From NCBI GenBank assembly GCA_963718965.1, contig CAVRBJ010000002.1:7936-71935 (forward strand): DNA of 64,000 bases, written 5' to 3'. Below the pieces are notes generated by a model, which ran no database searches, was not told the DNA's origin, and saw nothing but the letters and a program-made list of their open reading frames with translations. Position numbers and translations under genes: made by a program. Of this stretch, positions 11,797-20,575 are shown one piece after another. Each line of letters opens with the position of its first letter. Position 1 is the first letter of the stretch. This DNA is from an uncultured delta proteobacterium. Its GTDB lineage: Bacteria > Desulfobacterota > WTBG01 > CAIYCZ01 > CAIRTM01.

Positions 11797-12143
11797 GGCA
11801 CGATCACCACCTGTGTTTTTCTGGGCAGGGTCATGCCCAGCTGGTTGAGTGCTATCGTCTCAAGTCGCGACGACGATTTGAGTGCCGCCCGCTCGACTTT
11901 CAGCTTTTTATTCTCCTGAACGAGCTCCTCATGCACTTTATGATCATCAGAAATACGATATCCGATTTCCAGCGAATAAATCCGCACCCAGAGAAATATG
12001 AAAAAAGCCAGCATGGTTAGTGCGCACATGCAGATAATGCATGCCAGATCCCTGCCGGAAACATCCGTGTCACGCCGCACGTGCTGACGGGCTAAAACAT
12101 TTGTGTGGATGAATTTTTCAGCCGACGCCATAAAATTCTGCAT
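11790..12143 (-). CDS. ftsL: cell division protein FtsL-like (small bitopic, coiled-coil)
   Basis: 117-aa ORF with a single TM helix (LACIICMCALTMLAFFIFLWV) followed by a heptad-like region. It occupies the canonical slot between rsmH and ftsI and overlaps the ftsI start. Confidence 0.7.
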   Translation of the reverse strand: MQNFMASAEKFIHTNVLARQHVRRDTDVSGRDLACIICMCALTMLAFFIFLWVRIYSLEIGYRISDDHKVHEELVQENKKLKVERAALKSSSRLETIALNQLGMTLPRKTQVVIVPW

Positions 12144-12145
12144 AG

Positions 12146-13084
12146 TCAGTGCAGCCTTTCCGCGACACGAAGCCGTGCGCTGCGCGAGCTCGGGTTAAGC
12201 GTTACTTCTTCATCAGTTGCATACACCGGCTTGCGGGTAAGCACCTTGAGCCGCTGCGTACCCCCGCACACGCAGACAGGCAGTCCCGCAGGACAGGTGC
12301 ATTTTTTCTCCCCGTCGCGGAATCTGTTTTTTACGATACGGTCTTCGAGGGAATGAAACGAAATGGCCAGCAGACGTCCGCCGGGTGTCAGGAGATCCAT
12401 GGCCTGATCAAGCCCCTCCTTAATCGCCTCAAGCTCATCATTGACAGCGATACGCAGGGCCTGAAACGTACGGGTAGCCGGATGCAGTCTGTCGGGGTGG
12501 AACCTCACCGGAATCGCCCGGAAAACAGTGTCGGCAAGACCGCCCGTTGACAGATGGTCATTGCGGGCTACAGCCTCTTTAACAGCACTGGCGATCCGCC
12601 GGGCGAAGCGCTCTTCTCCATAGCTGCGGATAATGTCTTCGAGCTCCTGCGCAGGCAGCTCCTTAACAAGATCCAGTGCCGTCTGCGGCATGCTTGTGTC
12701 CATTCTCATATCCAGCGCCCCATCGTTTGAAAAACCAAACCCCCGTGCCGGGTCCTTCAGCTGCGGCGTTGAAACGCCGAAATCAAACATGATGCCGCCG
12801 ATTGCCGCAATGCCTTCCTGCGAAAGAAGCCGTGTGAGATGCCTGAAATTTCCATGCAGCAATGTCACTTTGTTTTTAAACGGCTCAAGCGTTACACGCG
12901 CCCGCTCAAGCCCTTCCAGATCGCAGTCGATGCCGATCAGGCGCCCAATGCCGCCGTAGCGCTCAAGAAGGCCCAGGCTGTGCCCTCCGCTGCCAAGCGT
13001 GGCATCGACAAAAACACCGCCATCACGGCAGCACGCATATTCAAGTATCGCATTATAAAGAACGGGTACATGCAGGGCAGCCAT
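12146..13084 (-). CDS. rsmH: 16S rRNA (cytosine1402-N4)-methyltransferase
   Basis: Intact 312-aa ORF with HVPVL...VDATLGSGGHS...GIDCD...SFHSLEDR, typical of MraW/RsmH. Confidence 0.93.
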   Translation of the reverse strand: MAALHVPVLYNAILEYACCRDGGVFVDATLGSGGHSLGLLERYGGIGRLIGIDCDLEGLERARVTLEPFKNKVTLLHGNFRHLTRLLSQEGIAAIGGIMFDFGVSTPQLKDPARGFGFSNDGALDMRMDTSMPQTALDLVKELPAQELEDIIRSYGEERFARRIASAVKEAVARNDHLSTGGLADTVFRAIPVRFHPDRLHPATRTFQALRIAVNDELEAIKEGLDQAMDLLTPGGRLLAISFHSLEDRIVKNRFRDGEKKCTCPAGLPVCVCGGTQRLKVLTRKPVYATDEEVTLNPSSRSARLRVAERLH

Positions 13085-13089
13085 CGTCC

Positions 13090-13536
13090 TTACAGGCCCA
13101 CATCATGCCGGAGGGCACGAATATCATCGGTCTCTGTACTCTGCTGGCCCTGCTGAATGGTATTGTGGTAGCGATCCAAACTCCATATTTCAAAATGATC
13201 GATTTGGCCCGCGATCACCACATCCTTGTCAAAACCGGCATACTGCCGCAGGCTGTGCGGAACCAGAATCCGCCCCTGCTTGTCGATAGTGCATTCCTGA
13301 ACACCGCCAATGAGAAAACGTTTAAAATTGCGCTCAGCAGTTGTCCGAACAGGACGCGAAAGTATATTTTTCTCAATTTCAGACCAGGCAGACGTTGGGT
13401 AGGCTAGCAGGCAATCATCAAGGTTGGTAAGGATAAGGGTTGTTTCGTCTTTTTTTGACAGGGTCTCTCGAAACTTGACCGGCAGCATAACGCGGCCCTT
13501 GTCATCAATCGCACAATCATTTCGCCCCCTGAACAT
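13090..13536 (-). CDS. mraZ: transcriptional regulator MraZ
   Basis: Intact 148-aa ORF with MFRGRNDCAIDDKGRVMLPVKFRE and a second DKQGRILVP repeat (two SpoVT/AbrB-like halves). It is the first gene of the dcw cluster. Confidence 0.92.
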   Translation of the reverse strand: MFRGRNDCAIDDKGRVMLPVKFRETLSKKDETTLILTNLDDCLLAYPTSAWSEIEKNILSRPVRTTAERNFKRFLIGGVQECTIDKQGRILVPHSLRQYAGFDKDVVIAGQIDHFEIWSLDRYHNTIQQGQQSTETDDIRALRHDVGL

Positions 13537-13576
13537 TGAATAACCTCGCTAGATAGTGTAAATATAGGATTTAAAA

Positions 13577-13602
13577 ACCAATTTTTACCACTTTCTACCA
13601 CT
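13577..13602 (-). promoter_or_regulatory. candidate MraZ operator: three hexamers at exact 10-bp phasing
   Basis: The minus strand reads AGTGGT-agaa-AGTGGT-aaaa-ATTGGT (plus-strand ACCAAT 13577, ACCACT 13587, ACCACT 13597). The boxes lie 41-66 nt upstream of the mraZ ATG and just downstream of the putative -10. This resembles the GTGG/TGGG direct-repeat MraZ boxes described in other bacteria. Confidence 0.45.
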
Positions 13603-13612
13603 AATAATTGAA

Positions 13613-13641
13613 GATATAGACTCCAAGAGATTCTTTGTCAA
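13613..13641 (-). promoter_or_regulatory. putative sigma-70 promoter of the dcw cluster (Pmra)
   Basis: The minus strand reads TTGACA (13641-13636), a 17-nt spacer, then TATATC (13618-13613). The candidate MraZ boxes begin 10 nt downstream. Confidence 0.45.
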
Positions 13642-13971
13642 GAAAAAAAATGAAGCTTTTTCAATTGCTTCTAGACTATATTTAAACATAAAACACAAAA
13701 TATGGTGCAACGAACCCTGAAACCAATCAATATATTGTGGTTTTTGAATTAAAAATATATTTAAGAACCTGGAAGTTTTTTTATTTTTTTTATTTAATTC
13801 ACCAGGTGAACGTATTACTAAAAAACCAGACAAAGCAAAAAACTTTATATTTCCTTCAATATAAGGTGTTTTTGATACATTTTACGGATAAAGGCCTTGC
13901 AAGATTTTCAGTGAAGTTATAATCTTGAAGCAGGGTTATATATCAAATGATCCAAATGCATTCAGGGTCCT

Positions 13972-15022
13972 ATGCAGACAATCAAATTCCTCTGTAAAAT
14001 CAATATGATCATGCTGCTCATGCTCCCTTTCCGGGGAACAGTGCCGGTAATGCTCTGCCACGCCGGGCAGCAGTCATTCACCGTACAGGTCATGTCCGGC
14101 TCCAATAAAGAGGCGGCTTCACGGTTTGCTGAAGAACTTATACACAAGGGATTTGATGCCTCTATTGCTGAACGTACAGAAAAAGAAAAGCCTGTATACA
14201 AGGTCTCTTGTGGGCAATTTTAAACACAGAAAAGATGCTGCACAGCTTTATGAAGAGTTGCGCATGCAGGGTATTGAAGGCTGGATAACGCAGGTACTTG
14301 AGCCGTCTGCGCAGGAACACGATGAGGAAAAAACCGCGCCGGTACTGCCACAGCACCATGAAACAGCAGGAGTGAAAAAGGCTGAGACTGCGGCGAAGCC
14401 TGAGGCTGCACCCTCCCCAGCTGGAGAAGAGAAGCCTTTTGTTCTTATCATAAACCCTGTTCCGACATTTGCAGAAGAGGAAACACCGGCCGCAGCTTCA
14501 ACAAAAAAGGCGGATACACCGGCTTTTCAACCTGCAAAAACATATAAATATTTCAATCCCGGGGACAAGACCATCCATATCACCTCGAGCCTTGCTACAG
14601 TCCCTGTGCACTACCAGAAACAGATAGGGGAAATCGCCATATACCCTGTTTATTTTAAAAGCGTGAACCTGCGGGATATGAGCATGAAGGTGGACATTGA
14701 AGGCGCAGACAAGGATGTGATTCTTGAAGGCCTCACCCAACCAGGGCGGGTGCCGACTGCCCAGGCAGTCCGCGATTTTGAAACCGGACTTGAGTCAGCA
14801 CCCTTGCGCATCAACTATTATCCGAAACGCACCGATCCTGACGGAACGCTGCACGGCAGCCTTTTTTTTAAAGATGGAGCATCCGTTGAATGCGACATGG
14901 TCCGGCGCGGGCTTGCCGCATGCGAGGACGACAACCTTCCGTGGTATCAGCATAAATCCTGCGCTGATACTGCCAGCCAGACATCCGGTCAAACACGCCC
15001 GTCCGCGGAACCAAAACAGTAA
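13972..15022 (+). CDS. SPOR domain-containing protein, one frame break near 14210
   Basis: ORF 13972..14223 has a hydrophobic N-terminus and then FTVQVMSGSNKEAASRFAEELIHKGFDA...YKV. The SPOR fold continues in ORF 14126..15022 as VGNFKHRKDAAQLYEELRMQGIEGWI. After that come a Pro/Ala/Glu-rich linker and a ~190-aa C-terminal domain I do not recognise. Confidence 0.7.
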
Positions 15023-15271
15023 AAAATCATATGGCTCGAAGGGATAAGCACAGTCAGGCTGTGCAGGCAATGGCTGTAGCTGCACATACAATAAGCCGCA
15101 TCGAGACGCCGTGACATCTGCATGCGAGAGGGCACGTAAACAGCTATCCTGATCTGCGCCGCAGTGAATCGTTTATAAAAAACTTTTTTTATGGTATGAA
15201 ATGCCGATTAACAATATGCATGCTCGGCTCATGGCTCAGGGGCCTTTTTGACAAACAAGGAGATAGTGTAC

Positions 15272-17004
15272 ATGAAAAAGATCGGATTCGGCGCACGCCC
15301 GTCTGAAGTAAAAAACAGGGGCAAAAATATTGATTTCGGAGACACTCCAGGAGATGAAACTCCCAGGGGCTTCGGCGGGCGGATTTATACGCCCAGGAAG
15401 CCGCCCGGAAAGAGCAAGTCCACCCTGACCTTCGGCAAAATACTGCTCCTTGCCATTGCATCCATGGTAATCGGCATAGCCATAGGAGGCTTTCTCCTTT
15501 TTGACTTTTCATTCGACCTTGCCGTCGACAGCATGCAGCTCATAACCGCAGGCCGCGAGACAGAGGTTAAAAACGGCAGCACCATCACCATTAAATACGC
15601 CGACGGGCTGAAATTAAAATCAATCCTCTACAAGGGCTTTTACAGATTTCTGCCCCCGAAAGACGTGCAGGTGTCAGTTGCGGGCATCAAGGATACGAAC
15701 AATCGTTTCCTTGATGACCTCATCCCGCTTTTAAAACCAGAAGAACGCCTGAGCTATGACATCGTATTCACACGGGGCAGCACAGATCTGGGCAAAATCA
15801 CCCTGACCCTTGACATGGGCACCCAGGACTGGATACTGCGCGCCGATGGCCTTGAAAACAAGCGAATGCAGGCCGAATGCTATAAAAGAGCAGTGGCGCT
15901 GAATCCCGACTCGGAAGAAGCTCATAATGCGCTCGGGCAAGCTCTACGAGGGCGAACAGAAATTCAAGCAGGCCATACCTGAATATGAAGCTGTCCTGCG
16001 CATCAAGCCGGATACTCTGCAGGCCATGCTGTCCCTTCTCAGCCTGTACAAAAAAACCGGCATGGAGGATAAAACGCTCGATATGTATCAGAAGCTGGCC
16101 AAGGCAGATCCCAGGCGGGCGGACGACTACATCTCGAAGGCCGGCGCACTTGCTGAAAAACAGGGCTCGGATGAAAAAGCCCTCGCGATCTATCAGAATC
16201 TGCTCGACAAAAACTCCGGCAATATTGATGCGCGGCAGAAAATTATCAAGCTCTACGAAAAAGACAAAAAGTGGGACAAGGTTATCGAGCATGTCAAGGT
16301 GCTGCTCGATCTTGATTCGAAAAACGCCGACCTGTATCTGTATCTTTCCGATATCTGTTACAAAAAAAATGATCTCAACGGTGCGCTGGGGGCTGCAGAA
16401 AAAGCGCAGAAGCTTCGGCCCAATGACTCTTCCATCTTTGTGCAGCTTGCCGTACTATCTGAAAAAGCAAAAAAAAACGACCGGGCAATTGAGTATTATC
16501 AAAAGTGCTATAAAAACAAACCCAAAAAAGAACCCGACTTTGTACAACAATCTCGGCATGCTTTTGGAGAAAAAAGGCGACAGAAAAGAGGCCATACAGA
16601 ACTATGAAATGGCTGCTGCGCTTGATTCCAAAAACATAGCATGTGCGAAAAATCTGGCTGATGCCTATGAAAAAGAGCAGCAGTGGAAAAAAGCGGCTGA
16701 GATTTATGAGCGGATAACCGTTCTTGACAAGGGCAGCAAGGCTTCGCTTGAAGCTGCAGCAGTACTCTGGTACAAAGCGGGCGACAAGGAGAAATCACTC
16801 GGAGCCTATAAAAAACTTGTGGCGGCCGAGCCGAAAAAAATGCTGTGGCATCAGAAGCTTGCCTATTTGTATGAGGACGCAAACAGAATCGAAGACGCCA
16901 TGAATGAGTATAAAGCCATTCTTGATCTCGATCCGGCAAATGCCGAGGCAAAACAAAAGCGCGTCGAACTGGCAAAGCGGAAAATAAAAAGCAGGGGGAA
17001 ATAA
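15272..17004 (+). CDS. membrane-anchored tetratricopeptide (TPR) repeat protein, two frame breaks near 15940 and 16527
   Basis: AAGGAGA lies 8 nt before the ATG at 15272 (MKKIGFG). There is one TM helix (ILLLAIASMVIGIAIGGFLLF). TPR-like repeats then run through three ORF-track frames (15248..15982, 15927..16607, 15985..17004), e.g. AIEYYQKCYK / AIQNYEMAAALD / AMNEYKAILDLDP. The second break coincides with an A6 run at 16524-16529. Confidence 0.75.
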
Positions 17005-17031
17005 ACCCGGCACAGGTGCCGGCTGGGTGTA

Positions 17032-17877
17032 CTACGAATGACCGCATTGTTCCAGAAAACCAACCACATCATCTATGGTCGCCTGGGGCGTTGAGGCGCC
17101 GGCGGTGATACAGACGGTTGCAGAACCTTCAAACCAGGCGGGATCGATATCATCTTTTGACTGGATCCAGTAGCTGCGCGGATTTAAGTCACGGGCGATT
17201 TCATACAACCGCAGGGTATTGGCGCTTGACCGTGAACCGATCACCAGCACCACATCACATCCTTTGGGCAGTGTTTTTATTTCCTGCTGCCGGGTGGTTG
17301 TTGCTTTGCAAATGGTATTGCAGACCTCAAGCTCCTTAAAATGCGGCCGCAGCGCATCGACAATAGCCTGCACATTCTCTGCCTTCTGCGTAGACTGCAC
17401 GACCACGCCTGCCCGTTCAACGCCCTCTACCTCAGCCCAGGGTATATGTTCTGCCGAATCAATAATAGTGACCGGAGCGTCAATCTGCCCCCGTATACCC
17501 TGCACCTCTTCATGATCACCATCGCCGATTATGATAACATGCAAGCCCCGCTTGTGAAAATCATCAACGATTGTATGAATCTCCTTAACCATGGGGCATG
17601 TAGCGTCAACGATGCTATAGCCGCGCCGCTGCGCATCTTCAACTATATGCTTTGCCGCGCCATGGGCGCGAATAAGCAGCGTCTTGCCCCTGCCGTCGCC
17701 AAGTGCATCCACCTTTCTGACGCCTGCAGCCTCTACCTGTCGCACAACATCCTCATTGTGAACGATATCACCCAGCATTTCCACCCTGACGCCCTGCCGG
17801 GCAGTGTCGAGGGCCGTTTTAATGGCCCGCCGCACGCCGAAACAAAAACCCGCTGACGGTGCAACTGTAATTTTCAT
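17032..17877 (-). CDS. ispH: 4-hydroxy-3-methylbut-2-enyl diphosphate reductase
   Basis: Intact 281-aa ORF with MKITVAPSAGFCFGVRRAI, IVHNEDVV, DATCPMV and NTICKATTTRQ (the three Cys ligands in typical IspH context). Confidence 0.92.
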   Translation of the reverse strand: MKITVAPSAGFCFGVRRAIKTALDTARQGVRVEMLGDIVHNEDVVRQVEAAGVRKVDALGDGRGKTLLIRAHGAAKHIVEDAQRRGYSIVDATCPMVKEIHTIVDDFHKRGLHVIIIGDGDHEEVQGIRGQIDAPVTIIDSAEHIPWAEVEGVERAGVVVQSTQKAENVQAIVDALRPHFKELEVCNTICKATTTRQQEIKTLPKGCDVVLVIGSRSSANTLRLYEIARDLNPRSYWIQSKDDIDPAWFEGSATVCITAGASTPQATIDDVVGFLEQCGHS

Positions 17878-18074
17878 GGGTTATATCCTTGCGTATATCC
17901 TTTTATAGTGCCGCATGTACTGCCATTCCAGCTGGTGCTGTCTGCCCTGCCGGCTCAATGCATGTCAGCTTATATCCCAGGCCACACAACAGCACAAGAG
18001 GCTTTTAGAACATTTTTCTTTTACTGTAGACTGCTCTTTTTAATAATGAACATCTTCCGAAAAAAAACTCCTAT

Positions 18075-18140
18075 CCGTTCGCCCTGAGCCTGTCGAAGGA
18101 TCCACTTCCGTTCATGGTTCGACAAGCTCACCACGAACGG
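18075..18140. repeat. REP-like nested palindromic element
   Basis: The sequence ccgttcgccctgagcctgtcgaagga...ccgttcatggttcgacaagctcaccacgaacgg has CCGTTCG/CGAACGG termini and an internal CGTTC...GAACG. Its translation is the junk-peptide type VVSLSNHER/RQAQGER seen in ORF 18021..18314. It lies in a non-coding gap. Confidence 0.5.
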
Positions 18141-18589
18141 GATTGCCATGTATGGAGAATTCGGCTGCAAAATAAAGAAAAAAGCTCTGGTGCATAGGCC
18201 TTTAGCTGTTTGTAAAAAACATGTCTGAAGACCCAATACTGTCTCTATGCGGGTCAAAAGAAAAGGCCCGATGCACAATGCATCGGGCCTTTTACGTACA
18301 TCGCTTGACTGCAAGTGCAGTCAGCATACGGTCAGCAGGAAGGTATTATAACTTCACCTTGACCGTTCCGCATGCTTCGGTATGCATGTCGCCGTAGGTG
18401 ACGATAAAGGTATAGTCCCTCTTCTCAAGCTGGAACGGACGTGCGAAGCCAAAACCCAATATTAATCTCTTGCCGATTTTAATATGGATAAGGTCATTGA
18501 TGGCTTCCGTACCCCAATCGATAGAGATGGGCCGATCGAACTCAACACCGCTTCCCTCTCAGCTATAATCACAAAAGGCGAAAAAGGAT

Positions 18590-19625
18590 TTACAAAAGTA
18601 AGCGTTTAAAAATAGTCCCGGGAATGACTCTCAGATTCTGTTCGCACTCCGGAGGAGTAACATTGTCACTTTTAATGCCTGATACCAGGCCCAGGAAATT
18701 ATACATGGGTATGGTTTCAAACTGTACTACGCTGTCATTATCCTTTGTGAATTTATCCTGGGGAATCATGGCAAACGGCAGCGTTGCTATATCCTGTCCT
18801 GAGCCTTCATAGACAAGATAGGTGCCATTGTCAACATCGGGGAAATACTCGGGAAAAGCTGCAAGCGTTGCCTTGTTCGGCTGAGCAATGGTTATAGCCT
18901 GCGTACCGCGCAAGCCGGTGGCAAAGCAGTCGAAAACAATCGGGCCGGCTGAGTAATTGTCAGTTGCACTGTCAATGACAACATCATAGGTGCCGTTTGG
19001 TACAGAAGGATCCTTGTAATAGGGATTGTCAACGCATACGCAGTTGGCAGGACCCGAGATATTATCCGGGGTACACTGTGCAAAAGGAGGAGCATCTTCA
19101 ACACAAAGCTGCTTAGCGTTTACATCTTCGATGCACTGGCAATTCGGTGCTGAATCATTGTCGCACAGAGTAAATGTCTCGTTGTCTATGCTTGAATTGT
19201 CAAAACACACTGTTGTTACAGTTGCATTATCATAGGTAAACTTCCAATCTCCAACCCAATCCGCACATTCTGCTTGATCGCGACCGGCGGAGGCGTACAG
19301 GTTGTATGGCAGGTAAGGCAAGACGATGAAGCGCCATGAGCTACAACCAGGTTGCATGCGCCCACATTACCAGTGGGGTGGCATACGATACATGTAGATG
19401 AAGTAACATTTTTACCGGGTACTGAGCCCGGATGGCATGCGCCGCAAGCGACCGATACACTGCTATGCGTTGTGTGCCAGCGCCAGTGCCGCCTGCAAAT
19501 GCATGGCATGCCAGGCAGCCGCCGTCCGGTGTTGATGTTACATTGTCATAAGCATAACCCTGCTGCGCCCCGGCGAACAACAGTGCCGCGAGTAGCATAA
19601 CCCCTGTGAGTACTAGCTTTTTCAT
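18590..19625 (-). CDS. secreted c-type multiheme cytochrome-like protein with a Cys-rich C-terminal domain, at least two frame breaks (near 19490 and 19290); may extend to 18346
   Basis: AGGAGG RBS and signal peptide MKKLVLTGVMLLAALLFAGA. Four CxxCH motifs (CLACH, CGACH, CIVCH, CLTCH) are spread over ORF frames 19341..19625 and 19216..19509. ORF 18590..19357 then gives a Cys/Asp/Asn-rich 250-aa domain. A further open 70-codon stretch without a start codon (18349..18558, ...DYTFIVTYGDMHTEACGTVKVKL) looks like more C-terminus. Confidence 0.6.
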
Positions 19626-20575
19626 TCTTCTCTCCTCCTAAATAGTGTTATTAGTGAACAAACCTGAAAAAAACAAAAATTATTATATTCTAGCATCCAA
19701 TGAATGCATTATTTGGAATATAACTAATAGGTTTAGTTAGTAATGAAGGAAATGTCAACTGCTTTTTTTTATTATTTTTATTCTTTTATACCAGTATTCT
19801 ACTATCAAAAAAAACCTGCGTCTTATTTTATTGTAAAATCAGCCACGTCCTTCTGAGAGCAGCGAAGAATCTGTAAAGTGCTGCAATTTTATAGCCAGGG
19901 AAACCAGCTATCATGTCCGCCGTAGCGGATTTATGACTACACTTTTTCAACAACCAGAAATCAATCGATTTATTGACCCGGATAAACTCTGCTTAGCACA
20001 GTTTCTGGCTGTTTACTAACAGTAACACTTTTATGCTTGCATGGTTTCAAAAAACTTTTGCTACAATGAATTTTTTTTTGCGCCTTGACGCTTCCATCCA
20101 CAGGTGCAAATAAAAAAGCTAAAAACAACTGCAATCAGCCGATCAAAACCAATAAGGCGGTTTTAGTATAGTCTTAATCGGCGCTAACAGAAAAAACTTG
20201 AGTGGAAAATAAGCAGATGGCTAATCGTATTTAATACCCATACAACACCGTTTCTTTTTCTTGCTGCGAGAAAGGGTATGGCAGTGGTTCCCGACTTTTT
20301 CTCAAAGGCGAAAAAAAGCAGAGATGAAATGCTGGATTGCATTCTGACACCGCAATGCAATTTACTGCAGCTTGCCTTTAATTTTTTTACTGGCAAAGAG
20401 CCTAAACACTGCTTCTTTTTATTTTAACCGGATTCAAAGCTGATTGATTCAAGAAGCCTGTATTGACGAATAATTAATTATAAGTTAAAACTATCATTAT
20501 GGTAGATGGTTTATACGATTGAGGGTTTTCATTCCAGTAAAAGTCTGCTTAATATTTCCGAAGGAGGATTATGTG

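Noticed and set aside
13585-13922. Small ORFs (13585..13833 minus, 13737..13922 plus, 13404..13601 minus) in the dcw upstream region.
   Set aside because: The region is AT-rich promoter DNA. The peptides are Lys/Phe/Ile-rich as expected from composition, and they overlap the promoter and operator elements.
18021-18314. 97-aa ORF in the ispH-cytochrome gap.
   Set aside because: Its translation (VVSLSNHERKWILRQAQGERIG) is the read-through of a REP-like palindrome. There is no RBS and it lies in a non-coding gap.
18349-18558. Independent small gene encoding ...DYTFIVTYGDMHTEACGTVKVKL downstream of the cytochrome-like gene.
   Set aside because: The open stretch has no ATG/GTG start with an RBS. 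It more likely belongs to the frame-broken upstream gene, so it is noted as a possible C-terminal extension rather than called separately.
20184-20396. 70-aa minus-strand ORF inside the 950-bp AT-rich gap.
   Set aside because: It has no RBS and AT-driven composition. It is not supported as coding; the gap is reported as non-coding of unknown function instead.
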